Below, piece by piece: positions 44,453-53,183 of a DNA stretch of 64,000 nucleotides. Origin of the DNA: Desulfuromonadales bacterium (GTDB lineage: Bacteria > Desulfobacterota > Desulfuromonadia > Desulfuromonadales > BM103); assembly GCA_032251295.1 (NCBI GenBank), contig JAVVDS010000002.1, positions 4,891-68,890 of the forward strand, read 5' to 3'. Under the pieces are notes generated by a model. It was given only the letters and a program-made list of their open reading frames with translations, was not told the origin of the DNA and ran no database searches. Each line of letters opens with the position of its first letter. Positions within the stretch are counted from its first letter, which is position 1. Position numbers and translations under genes: made by a program.

Positions 44453-45412
44453 TCAATGGCTGGCCTGACGATTTTTTGCAGAAGCGGTGTCCAGACCGGC
44501 CGGACTCGCCGCCGAGCGGCGCAGATCGAAGTGTTCGACCGCCCAGTCGAGCAGCTGGCGTGGTGGTGCCTGGCGCAGCTCCGTCGGCACCGTCTGGCCG
44601 AGAAACTCCAGGGCGGCAACCAGTTCGGCGGCCGCCTCGCGGTTGGCGCTGACAGCGATGGCACCGTGGCGCTTGCTGATCTTGGCGCCGGCGGCATCGG
44701 TGGCCAGCGGCAAATGGACATAGACCGGCGCCGGCTGGCCGAGCATGGCGTGCAGAAAGATCTGGCGCGGCGTCGAGGAGAGCAGGTCGGCGCCGCGCAC
44801 CACCTGGTTGACGCCGCTGTCGGCATCGTCGACCACCACGGCGAGCTGATAGGCGAACAGGCCGTCGGCGCGCTGCAGGACAAAATCGCCGACCGCACTG
44901 CTCAGCACCTGCTGCTGGGGACCGAACAGGCCGTCATGGAAACAGATCTGCTGCCGTGGCACCCGGATGCGCAGCGCCCGTGGTTTGCGACCGGGCCGCA
45001 GGCCTGCCCGGCAGGTGCCGGGATAGATCGGACCGTCCTCGCCGGGGTGCGGGGCGCTCGCCAGGATCTCCTTGCGAGAGCAGGCGCAGGGGAAGATCAG
45101 TCCACGCTCTGTCAGCTGCTCCAGGGCCTGGCGGTAGGCTGCATCGCGCCGGCTCTGCCAGACGATGTCGCCGTCCCAGTGCAGGCCGAGCTGTTCCAGG
45201 GTGCGCAGAATCAGGTCGGCGGCGCCCGGCACGACGCGCGGGCGGTCGAGGTCCTCCATGCGCAGCAGCCAGCGACCGCCGGCCTGGCGCGCCAGGCAGT
45301 AGCTGCCGACCGCAGCGATCAGGGAACCGAAGTGAAGGGGGCCGGTCGGGCTCGGGGCGAATCGGCCGATAACGGTCGATCCGGTCGACGGTTCAGGCCT
45401 GTCGATCAGCAT
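44453..45412 (-). CDS. gluQ: Glutamyl-Q tRNA(Asp) synthetase (truncated GluRS paralog)
   Basis: A class I signature is present (GRFAPSPTGPLHFGSL plus a KMSKS-like KISKRHG), and the length is ~320 aa without an anticodon-binding domain. I preferred the ATG at 45412 over the ORF-track TTG at 45433, which would overlap the neighbouring promoter. Confidence 0.88.
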   Translation of the reverse strand: MLIDRPEPSTGSTVIGRFAPSPTGPLHFGSLIAAVGSYCLARQAGGRWLLRMEDLDRPRVVPGAADLILRTLEQLGLHWDGDIVWQSRRDAAYRQALEQLTERGLIFPCACSRKEILASAPHPGEDGPIYPGTCRAGLRPGRKPRALRIRVPRQQICFHDGLFGPQQQVLSSAVGDFVLQRADGLFAYQLAVVVDDADSGVNQVVRGADLLSSTPRQIFLHAMLGQPAPVYVHLPLATDAAGAKISKRHGAIAVSANREAAAELVAALEFLGQTVPTELRQAPPRQLLDWAVEHFDLRRSAASPAGLDTASAKNRQASH

Positions 45413-45417
45413 AAGTG

Positions 45418-45446
45418 TTGACAATGCTGACAAATATCGTTATGCA
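45418..45446 (+). promoter_or_regulatory. Candidate sigma-70 promoter for the Rrf2 regulator gene
   Basis: TTGACA (45418-45423), a 17-nt spacer, then TATGCA (45441-45446), in the divergent gluQ/Rrf2 intergenic region. Confidence 0.4.
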
Positions 45447-45493
45447 GAGAGTCATTCCCGTCGCCCATGCCAGCCTTTTCAGGGAGAGAGCCC

Positions 45494-45949
45494 GTGATTA
45501 TTACCCGCGCTACCGAATACGCCATTCGTGCTGTGCTGCATATGTCGCGGCAGCCCCGCGGACAGATCGTTTACAAGAAGGACATCTGCAAGGAGCAGGA
45601 GATCACGCCCGCCTTTCTGACCAAAATCCTGCAGCCCCTGATCAAGGCCGGCATCGTCGGCTCGCAGCGCGGCGTCGGTGGCGGCTTCTTCCTTGCCAGG
45701 GAGCCGGCGCAGATCACGATCCTCGATGTCCTCAAGGCTGAGGAGGGGCCGGTCTATCTCAACCAGTGTCTGGTTCGCGAAGGGAACTGCAATCGCGAGT
45801 TTTTCTGCCCGGTACACGGCGCCTGGCGGGAAATCCGCGAGGAGTTCATGGCGATCCTCGCCCGCTACGATTTCGCCCGCCTCGCCGCAGAGTCCCACGA
45901 CAAGCTCCCCGCCGACCTGCTGGCCAGCCGGCCCGAACCGGAGATCTGA
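45494..45949 (+). CDS. Rrf2-family transcriptional regulator with a three-Cys putative Fe-S site
   Basis: The N terminus IITRATEYAIRAVLHM, the wHTH and the Cys cluster CLVREGNCNREFFC are present. The start is set at the GTG at 45494, which is preceded by GGGAGAG; the ORF-track ATG at 45467 is an alternative. Confidence 0.85.
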   Translation: MIITRATEYAIRAVLHMSRQPRGQIVYKKDICKEQEITPAFLTKILQPLIKAGIVGSQRGVGGGFFLAREPAQITILDVLKAEEGPVYLNQCLVREGNCNREFFCPVHGAWREIREEFMAILARYDFARLAAESHDKLPADLLASRPEPEI

Positions 45950-46178
45950 GCCGGCGGCACGATGGACAAAAAACACCCTGGAGACCAGGAGGGTAAGTCG
46001 TCCAGGGCGAAGCAGGAAGCTGCGTCCAGCTCCCCGGGAAATTCTCTTTTCGACTTAAATATACCGCAGAATCGGTTCTGTTGCCAACCCCCGCCGACAT
46101 TTTTCATCGCCACCCCGCAACAGTTGCAGCCGCAGCCCTGAGCGGCTATCCTGTGCCGGCAGGAGGTGGACGAACGCC

Positions 46179-47651
46179 ATGGCTGATAGCGAGCTGTTGA
46201 CCGAACAAGAGAGCGGGCTGGTACGGGCACCCGACCTAATCCTCTCCTCACGCCCTGACGGCGACTGGCAGGTCGAGGCGCTCTCCGCCCGCCTGGCCGC
46301 CGGCCTCGATCTCGGTGACCTCGAAGTCCGTGGCCTGCTCCTTGACGAACTGTTCACCGACAGCAGCCCGCGGCTCGACGATCTCGCCCGTGAAGCCCTC
46401 ACAACCGGCCGACTGAGCGCCATCGCCATCCGCCTGGCCGGGGAGGGCACCCCGCCGCTGCTCGCCGACATCGAGGCGTCCGGGGAGCGTTCCGGCACGC
46501 ACCGGCCGCAGGTCTGCTTCTATTTTCGGCCAGCGCCGGCCGGTCAGGCGCGCCGTCCCGAACCGCGCAGTCGCTACGGCCTGGTCGGCACCAGCCCCGG
46601 CATGCAGGAGGTCTATCGCAAGATCGAACTCTATGCGCCGTCGGATGCCGCAGTGATCATCACCGGCGAGACCGGCAGCGGCAAGGAGCTGGTTGCCCGT
46701 GCCCTCCATGAACAGAGCCCCCGCCAGAGCCGGCCGTTCGTCGCCGTCAACTGCTCGGCGATCTCCGCCGAACTGCTGGAGTCGGAGCTGTTCGGTCACG
46801 AAAAAGGGGCGTTCACCGGCGCGGTGCGTCCGCATCGCGGCCGCTTCGAGCGCGCCGATCGCGGCACCCTCTTTCTCGATGAGATCGGCGACATGCCCGG
46901 CCATGCCCAGGTCAAGCTGTTGCGGGTCCTCGAGACCGGGGTTCTCGAACGGGTCGGCAGCGAACGCAGTCTGCAGGTCGATGTCCGCCTGATCGGCGCC
47001 ACCAACGTGCCGCTGGAGCGCGCGGTCCGCCAGGGGCAGTTCCGTGAAGACCTCTACCACCGCCTCGCCGTGCTGCGCATCCATCTGCCGCCGCTGCGGC
47101 AGCGTCCGGAAGATATCCCGCTGCTGGTCGAGCACTTCCTTGACCTGTTCCGCAGCAAGTACCGCCGCCCGGTCGAGCGCCTGACCAACGAAGCCGTGGC
47201 GCTGCTGCAGGCCTATCTCTGGCCGGGCAACGTCCGTGAACTGCGCAATGTGCTCGAGCGGGTCTTTATCGAGAACCACGCCGCAGTGATCAGTGCCCGC
47301 GCCTTTCGCGAGTGGGTCCGCGAACGCCAGGATTTCTCCCCCGGCGACTGGGGGCCGCAGATCATCGGTGAACCGCCCCAGCTCACCCCGCCCTGGCCGC
47401 TGCCCAGTCAGCAGATCCTGCTCCCCGACTCCGGCGCAGCGTCCCGGCTCGCCGCCGGAGCAGCTGTCCGGCCCTCGACCCGTCCGGCCGGTCTCGACGC
47501 CGCCGCGATCCGGCAGGCCTACCGCGCCAGCGGCGGTAATCTGGCGGCGGCCGCCCGGCAGCTCGGCGTGCACCGGGCCACTCTCTATCGTTATCTGCGA
47601 AAACTGGGGCTTGATCGCGCCGAACTCGAGGGTGACCGGCCCGAACGGTAA
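46179..47651 (+). CDS. Sigma-54-dependent transcriptional activator (PAS-like N-terminal domain, AAA+ domain, Fis-type HTH)
   Basis: 490 aa with Walker A (GETGSGKE), the GAFTGA loop (HEKGAFTGA), Walker B (LFLDEIGDM) and a C-terminal HTH (GNLAAAARQLGVHRATLYRYLRKLGL). There is no receiver domain. Confidence 0.9.
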   Translation: MADSELLTEQESGLVRAPDLILSSRPDGDWQVEALSARLAAGLDLGDLEVRGLLLDELFTDSSPRLDDLAREALTTGRLSAIAIRLAGEGTPPLLADIEASGERSGTHRPQVCFYFRPAPAGQARRPEPRSRYGLVGTSPGMQEVYRKIELYAPSDAAVIITGETGSGKELVARALHEQSPRQSRPFVAVNCSAISAELLESELFGHEKGAFTGAVRPHRGRFERADRGTLFLDEIGDMPGHAQVKLLRVLETGVLERVGSERSLQVDVRLIGATNVPLERAVRQGQFREDLYHRLAVLRIHLPPLRQRPEDIPLLVEHFLDLFRSKYRRPVERLTNEAVALLQAYLWPGNVRELRNVLERVFIENHAAVISARAFREWVRERQDFSPGDWGPQIIGEPPQLTPPWPLPSQQILLPDSGAASRLAAGAAVRPSTRPAGLDAAAIRQAYRASGGNLAAAARQLGVHRATLYRYLRKLGLDRAELEGDRPER

Positions 47652-47687
47652 CGCACTGTTTCCTCTGACTGCCGCCAAAGATTCGCT

Positions 47688-50171
47688 ATGCCCGATCTGC
47701 CGTCCCGCCTCCCTGTGGAAACCGTTCTCCCGGCACTGCGTGCGGCCCTGGCCGACGCGCCGGCCGTCATCCTGCAGGCACCGCCCGGTTCCGGCAAAAC
47801 GACCCGCGTGCCGCCGGCGCTGCTCGAAGCGCCGTGGCTGGGCGGGCAGCGCATCCTCATGCTCGAACCGCGCCGGCTGGCGGCGACCAGTGCGGCCCAC
47901 TTCATGGCGGCCCGACGCGGTGAACCGGTCGGCGCCACGATCGGCTACACCATCCGCTATCAGCAGCGGCGTTCAGCGTCGACCCGCCTCGAAGTCTTGA
48001 CCGAGGGGCTGCTGACCCGGCGCCTGCAGGCCGATCCGGAACTGACTGGGGTCGGCCTGGTGATTTTCGACGAGTTTCACGAGCGCAGCCTGCAGGCCGA
48101 TTTGGCCCTGGCTCTCTGTCGCGATGTCCAGAGCGCGCTGCGTGCCGATCTGCGCCTTCTGGTGATGTCGGCGACCCTCGACAGCGCACCCCTGGCCCGG
48201 CTGCTCGGCGACTGCCCGGTGGTTACCGCCGCGGGGCGCAGCTTTCCGGTGACAATCGATCACCTGCCGCAGTACGCCTTGTTGCCGGCCGCCGAGGCGA
48301 CCGCCGCCGGCGTGCGTCATGCCCTGGCCGCCGCCTGCGGCGATATCCTCGCCTTTCTCCCCGGCGCCGGGGAGATCGCGCGCTGCGGCGAGCTCCTGCA
48401 CGACCTGGCCGACACCATCGATCTCCGCCCGCTGCACGGCTCGCTGCGGTTTGCCGATCAGGAGGCCGCCATCGTGCCGGGCCCGCGCCGGCGTGTGGTC
48501 CTGGCGACCAATGTCGCCGAAACCAGTCTGACCATCGAAGGGATCGGCGTCGTCGTCGACAGCGGCTGGGAAAAGCGGCCGCGGTTCGACCCCGGCCGGG
48601 GGAGCACACGCCTGGAGGCGACGCGCATCTCCCGGGCTAGCGCCGAACAGCGCACCGGCCGGGCCGGCCGCCTCGGCCCGGGGCAGTGCTACCGGCTCTG
48701 GTCCGCAGGGACCGAGGGGGCCATGCTCCCTTTCACGCCGGCGGAGATCCGCCAGGCCGATCTGGCGCCCCTCGCTTTCGAACTCACCCTCTGGGGGATT
48801 ACCGACCCAGCACAACTGGCCTGGCTCGATCCGCCGGCAGCGGGGCCGATGGCGGCGGCCCGCCAGCTGCTGACCCAGCTCGGTGCTGTCGACGAGGGCG
48901 GTCGGCTCACCTCGACCGGCCGGCAGATGAGCCGCTATCCGACCCACCCGCGTCTGGCGCGCCTGCTGCTCGCCGCCCTGGAGGAGGGTTGCGCCGACCT
49001 CGGTTGCGACCTGGTGGCGCTGCTTGGCGAGCGCGAGCCGTCCGGCGACCGCCGGCAGCCGGTCGTCGCCGCCCCCTGCGACCTGCTCCCCGGCATCGAA
49101 CGGCTGCGCAACCGGCAGTTGCCGCAGACGGCAGCCATACAACGTGCCGCCGCCGACTGGCGCCGGCGTACCGGCGCAAACGGCCGGACGCCGGTCGACG
49201 CCCGGCAGATCGCCCGTCTGCTGGCCCGCGCCTGGCCCGATCGTCTCGGTGTACAGCGCAGTCCGGCGAGCCGGCGCTATCTGCTGCGCAGCGGGCAGGG
49301 CGCGACTCTGGCCAGCACGTCACAGGTGCACGCTGCTGAATGGCTGGTGGCGATCGAGATCGCCGGGCAGGCCGGCGGTGATGGTGAGATCCGCCTCGCC
49401 AGCCGTCTCGACCCAAGCACGGTCGAAGAGCTGTTCGGTCACGCAGCGCACTGGCAGCGTGAGGCCGGCTGGGACGAGCGTGCCGACCGGGTTGTCGTCC
49501 GGGAAACCCGGCGCCTCGGCGCCATCGTCCTGCAGGAGCGGCCGGTCGATGTCACAGTCGACGATACCGTTCCGGCGCTGCTGGCCCTGCTGCGCCGCAA
49601 AGGGCTCGACGCCCTCCCCTGGACACCGCACTGTCGCCAGTTCCAGGCCCGCGCCGACCTGCTGCACCGGCACCTCGCCGAGCGCAGCTGGCCGGACTTT
49701 TCGGCGAGCGCTCTGCTGGTCACCCTGGAGGACTGGCTTGCGCCGTGGCTGGCAGGCGTGACCACCCGCCGGGGGCTGCAGACCGTCCCCCTGGAAGAGG
49801 CCCTGGCCGCCAGGCTCGGCTGGAACCGGCTCAAGGAGCTCGACCGCCTCGCCCCGGAACGGCTCGAGGTGCCGAGCGGGTCACGGATCCGTATCGATTA
49901 TCTGCAGGGGGAACAGCCGGTCCTTGCGGTCAAGCTGCAGGAGATGTTCGGTCTGGCGGAGACGCCGCGGCTGGTCGACGGTCGTGTGTCGCTGCTGGTC
50001 CACCTGTTGTCGCCGGCCGGGCGGCCGTTGGCGATCACCGGTGATCTGCGTCATTTCTGGCAGGACGTCTACCCGGAGGTGCAGAAGGAGATGCGCGGGC
50101 GCTACCCGAAACACCCCTGGCCCGACAACCCCTGGCAGGCGCGCGCCACCCGCCGCACCGGGCGGCAGTGA
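47688..50171 (+). CDS. hrpB: ATP-dependent RNA helicase HrpB (DEAH/RHA family)
   Basis: 827 aa with motif I (APPGSGKTT), DEFH (VIFDEFHERS), SAT, TNVAETSLTIEGI and QRTGRAGR, and an HrpB-type C-terminal domain. Confidence 0.93.
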   Translation: MPDLPSRLPVETVLPALRAALADAPAVILQAPPGSGKTTRVPPALLEAPWLGGQRILMLEPRRLAATSAAHFMAARRGEPVGATIGYTIRYQQRRSASTRLEVLTEGLLTRRLQADPELTGVGLVIFDEFHERSLQADLALALCRDVQSALRADLRLLVMSATLDSAPLARLLGDCPVVTAAGRSFPVTIDHLPQYALLPAAEATAAGVRHALAAACGDILAFLPGAGEIARCGELLHDLADTIDLRPLHGSLRFADQEAAIVPGPRRRVVLATNVAETSLTIEGIGVVVDSGWEKRPRFDPGRGSTRLEATRISRASAEQRTGRAGRLGPGQCYRLWSAGTEGAMLPFTPAEIRQADLAPLAFELTLWGITDPAQLAWLDPPAAGPMAAARQLLTQLGAVDEGGRLTSTGRQMSRYPTHPRLARLLLAALEEGCADLGCDLVALLGEREPSGDRRQPVVAAPCDLLPGIERLRNRQLPQTAAIQRAAADWRRRTGANGRTPVDARQIARLLARAWPDRLGVQRSPASRRYLLRSGQGATLASTSQVHAAEWLVAIEIAGQAGGDGEIRLASRLDPSTVEELFGHAAHWQREAGWDERADRVVVRETRRLGAIVLQERPVDVTVDDTVPALLALLRRKGLDALPWTPHCRQFQARADLLHRHLAERSWPDFSASALLVTLEDWLAPWLAGVTTRRGLQTVPLEEALAARLGWNRLKELDRLAPERLEVPSGSRIRIDYLQGEQPVLAVKLQEMFGLAETPRLVDGRVSLLVHLLSPAGRPLAITGDLRHFWQDVYPEVQKEMRGRYPKHPWPDNPWQARATRRTGRQ

Positions 50172-50350
50172 GCAAACGGGGGCGGGGCGCTGCGGAATCG
50201 TTAATGAAACGTTCTGGCAAAGGAGGGTCTTGCAAAGATCCAAAAAGGCGTCATTCCGCGGGCTTTAGGCCGGAATCCAGAGGTTAACTGACTGAAACGA
50301 CGGGTTCCCCGATAAAGGCTCTCGGGGATGACAGGACGTTTGCAAGGGGC

Positions 50351-50743
50351 TCAAAGGCGGCCGTCGTCGCTGGCCGGCAGATCCTGCTTGAGGATCTTAC
50401 GGGCATTGTACAACAGGCTTGCCGGGTGGATCGGCTTGTGAAGATAGTCGACAGCGCCGTACTTTTTCGCCGCGATCAGTGAGGCGGCGCCGGGGCTGCC
50501 GGTAATGATAATGATGGCGCAGTCCGGCTGCAGCCCCTTGAGGGACTGGATCGCGGCAACGCCGTTGTCCTGACCGAAGCCGATGTCGAGAAGCAGCAGG
50601 TCGTAAGCATGGGCCTGCATCTGCTGAACACAGCGCGACAAGGTTTCGGCGGTATCGACTTGATAACCGGCGTCACCGAGGATTTCCTTGAAGGTGAAGC
50701 GGATCGACTCCTCGTCGTCGGCCACCAGGATTCTTGGTTTCAT
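50351..50743 (-). CDS. Single-domain CheY-like response regulator
   Basis: 130 aa with ILVADDE, a phospho-acceptor context (LLLLDIGF), IIITG and DYLHKP. The start is set at the ATG at 50743. Confidence 0.88.
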   Translation of the reverse strand: MKPRILVADDEESIRFTFKEILGDAGYQVDTAETLSRCVQQMQAHAYDLLLLDIGFGQDNGVAAIQSLKGLQPDCAIIIITGSPGAASLIAAKKYGAVDYLHKPIHPASLLYNARKILKQDLPASDDGRL

Positions 50744-50785
50744 GGCAATACCCCCCGAAGAATTGTACCGGACCTTCAATCTATA

Positions 50786-50801
50786 TGCATGGGAAATGCC
50801 A
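50786..50801 (-). promoter_or_regulatory. Sigma-54 (-24/-12) promoter of the CheY-like gene
   Basis: The minus strand reads TGGCATTTCCCATGCA. GG and GC have the canonical spacing of TGGCAC-N5-TTGCA, and the GC lies about 44 nt upstream of the ATG at 50743. Confidence 0.6.
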
Positions 50802-50902
50802 AGACAGGAGACAGCGCGGGCCTGTTTTCTAGCTTGCTGTAATGACGTGCTCCTGTCGTTACCTTGCGGGAAGGTGCCCCGGCTTTTCAGGCGGCGGGTC
50901 GC

Positions 50903-50946
50903 TGTGCCCTCTGTGCCACGGCACACCCCTGGCACAACGGTGTGCG
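50903..50946 (-). promoter_or_regulatory. Nested TGTGCC/GGCACA repeat array, a candidate enhancer (UAS) for a sigma-54 activator
   Basis: TGTGCC-ctc-TGTGCC-ac-GGCACA-cccct-GGCACA-acgg-TGTGCG is centred about 120 bp upstream of the -24 element at 50786-50801. Confidence 0.4.
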
Positions 50947-51062
50947 CCAGCCAGTGGCTGGCAGGATTAAAGTGCCCCCGGACTTGCAATGCGCAGTCAA
51001 CGATGGGCGCTACCGCGCAAGGGAAGCAACCGGGCGGCCGTAAACAGCATGGCGCAGCGGGC

Positions 51063-51812
51063 TTACCTGCCGAAAACTGTCTGCAAGAGCTCCGTGGTCC
51101 GTTTCGCCGGGTTCTGACGAATGGTCGCTTCTTCGATGGCCAGATAGTGGAAGACGCCGTTCATCCCCTGTTCGACCACATAGCCGGTCAGATCCGCCTT
51201 GACATCGGGGACGAAGGGGACGGTCCGATATTGCCCCATCACGTTGTCGTAAGCCTGTACCGCCCCGGCCTGGCTGAGGGCCTGGTCGACAATCGGCTGC
51301 ATCTCCGTGGCCAGTTGCGGCGTCATCTTTTCCTGAAAGTAGCGGGTCGCCGCATCGGGGGGGCCGTTGTAGATCCCCATGACATCGTCGAGAGTCATCT
51401 GTTCGATCGACGACCAGAAGAGCTCCTTCGCCTTGGGCGTGGCCTGCTCGGCAGCACGGTTGAGCCTGAGCTCCAGGTCGTCGAGCATGGGGGCCATGCC
51501 GAGGGGCTTAAGGGTCGATTGAACGGTCTGCAGGCTTTTGGGCAGCGGGATGTGGATGGCCGGGTCGGCGTTGAAGCCGTCGGTCGTGCCGAGCTGTGCG
51601 ACCACGGCGTCGCTGCCGACGCGTAGCGCCTCCTTCAGGCCGGCGGCTACCTGGCGGGTGTCGGTGGCGGTCGGTGCCGGGCTGTCGACCGTCGAGTCCA
51701 GAAGCTTTTGCCCCCGTTTCAGCCAGTCAGTCTGGGCCGACAGCGAACACGGCAAGGAGATGGCGAGCAGAGCGGCAAGGGCCAGCGTAGTGCAGCGGAA
51801 ACGGCGGAACAT
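51063..51812 (-). CDS. DUF4197-family secreted protein
   Basis: 249 aa with a signal peptide (MFRRFRCTTLALAALLAISLPCSLSAQ) and DUF4197-like blocks (GLKEALRVGSDAVVAQLGTTDGF). The family assignment is from memory. Confidence 0.65.
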   Translation of the reverse strand: MFRRFRCTTLALAALLAISLPCSLSAQTDWLKRGQKLLDSTVDSPAPTATDTRQVAAGLKEALRVGSDAVVAQLGTTDGFNADPAIHIPLPKSLQTVQSTLKPLGMAPMLDDLELRLNRAAEQATPKAKELFWSSIEQMTLDDVMGIYNGPPDAATRYFQEKMTPQLATEMQPIVDQALSQAGAVQAYDNVMGQYRTVPFVPDVKADLTGYVVEQGMNGVFHYLAIEEATIRQNPAKRTTELLQTVFGR

Positions 51813-52091
51813 GAGTCACCTCCAGGGGGGCTGCTTGGGTTCATGGTCGACTCCCGATCTCGGCCAAGTATAGCCGATGGTGGTTGTTTGTCAGAGCCGC
51901 TGCCGGTGATTTGCGAGTAGAGCCCGGCAACCCCGCGCAGAGATTGCTGAAGCGGGTGGAGCAGGCGACACCGGCAAACGTCGCAAGTGTCGCAAGCTCC
52001 TGTCGCCGCGACGTCGCAGGGTCTTCTCCCCTTTTTGCCGTGTCAGGCCCAAGATCCTGTTATCTCTCACTTATCCCCTCCGCATCAAGGT

Positions 52092-52106
52092 TGGCACACC
52101 CCTTGA
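52092..52106 (+). promoter_or_regulatory. Imperfect -24/-12-like element upstream of the hsp20 genes, which also resembles a sigma-32 -35 box
   Basis: TGGCAC-acccc-TTGA has the correct GG spacing, but the -12 dinucleotide is GA instead of GC. The overlapping CCCTTGA resembles the sigma-32 -35 consensus CCCTTGAA. It lies 65 nt upstream of the ATG at 52171. Confidence 0.3.
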
Positions 52107-52170
52107 TATCTCCATAGGGCAGAAACGGATTGCAACTCAACCCACCAACCACACCAAGGAGGTATCCGCC

Positions 52171-52611
52171 ATGCGTAGCTGGGATCTGTTCAGGGAAATG
52201 GAACAACTGCAACGGGAGATCGATAGTGCTTTCCGCGGCACCGGATTTGGCGACCCGGCCACCAGCGGCTTCGGCCTGCGCCGCTATCCGAAAGTCAACC
52301 TGCGGGAAGATGCCGACAACCTCTATCTGGAAATCCTCCTGCCCGGGGTCGATCCGCAACAGGTCGATCTGAGCATGCTCGGCAACACCCTGACCCTGAG
52401 CGGTGAACGGGCCGGCGAAGACGAGGCCGGCAACGGCCGCATCTGGCACCGCCTGGAACGCGGCACCGGCAAGTTCCTGCGCAGCATCGAGCTGCCGGCC
52501 GAAGTCGATGTCGACCGGATCAAGGCCGAAGCGAAAAACGGCCTGATGCTGGTGACTCTGCCGAAAGCGGCCGCTGCCAAGCCGCAGAAGATTGCCATCA
52601 AGGTCGCTTGA
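52171..52611 (+). CDS. Hsp20/alpha-crystallin small heat-shock protein
   Basis: 146 aa with an alpha-crystallin domain (PKVNLREDADNLYLEILLPGVDPQQVDLSMLGNTLTLSGER...F.RSIELP...V..D.IKAE.KNG.L.V.LPK). Confidence 0.92.
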   Translation: MRSWDLFREMEQLQREIDSAFRGTGFGDPATSGFGLRRYPKVNLREDADNLYLEILLPGVDPQQVDLSMLGNTLTLSGERAGEDEAGNGRIWHRLERGTGKFLRSIELPAEVDVDRIKAEAKNGLMLVTLPKAAAAKPQKIAIKVA

Positions 52612-52654
52612 GTGAAACGACAGACCACAGATATGACGCCAAGGAGAATATGCC

Positions 52655-53047
52655 ATGACTGAGAAGAATCTGACCACCGGCAGCAACCAGACCGCTTCCC
52701 CCATGGAGGCGACCCGCTCCGACCGCAACTACGTCCGCCCGGCGGTCGACATCTGCGAGACCGATCAGGGGCTGACTCTGGTCGCCGATGTGCCTGGGCT
52801 CGACGAGGGGAGTCTTGAAATCAGTGTCGACCAGGGGATTTTGACCATCGAGGGCAAAGCCCCCGCCGGCAGCGGCGAGTACCTCTACCGCGAGTTCAAC
52901 ATGGCCGGCTACTGGCGGCAGTTCCAGTTGCCCGACAGTCTCGATGCCGGCAAGGCGAAAGCCGAGGTCCGGCACGGCGTGCTCACCCTGCACCTGCCGA
53001 AAGTCGAAGCGGCCAAGCCGCGGCGCATCGAGATTACCGCCCACTGA
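52655..53047 (+). CDS. Hsp20/alpha-crystallin small heat-shock protein, second copy
   Basis: 130 aa with [40 protein letters not shown]...[27 protein letters not shown]. Confidence 0.9.
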   Translation: MTEKNLTTGSNQTASPMEATRSDRNYVRPAVDICETDQGLTLVADVPGLDEGSLEISVDQGILTIEGKAPAGSGEYLYREFNMAGYWRQFQLPDSLDAGKAKAEVRHGVLTLHLPKVEAAKPRRIEITAH

Positions 53048-53076
53048 TCGCCCTGTTGACCGGTCGCCGATCGTCA

Positions 53077-53102
53077 GAGGCCGGAGGGAATCCTCCGGCC
53101 TT
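53077..53102 (+). terminator. Strong hairpin (terminator- or attenuator-like, no clear U-tract) between hsp20 and clpB
   Basis: GAGGCCGGAGG-gaat-CCTCCGGCCTT forms a stem of about 10 G-C/A-T pairs (plus a terminal G-T pair) starting 30 nt after the hsp20 stop. Confidence 0.4.
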
Positions 53103-53183
53103 CTGGCAGGCGGTGATGCGCTTCTGCCTGATTGCGCTAAGCTTATCCTGAGCCGCACCCCCCGAGCAGAAAAGAGGAAGACC

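Noticed and set aside
45962-46060. A 32-codon ORF (MDKKHPGDQEGKSSRAKQEAASSSPGNSLFDL) between the Rrf2 gene and the sigma-54 activator gene.
   Set aside because: It has no RBS, its composition is biased, and it has no recognisable features. I cannot support it as a gene.
50930-50946. Plus-strand TGGCAC-aacgg-TGTGC, resembling a -24/-12 promoter.
   Set aside because: The GC is displaced by one position relative to the canonical spacing, and there is no plus-strand gene downstream. I interpret it as part of the TGTGCC/GGCACA repeat array serving the minus-strand promoter.
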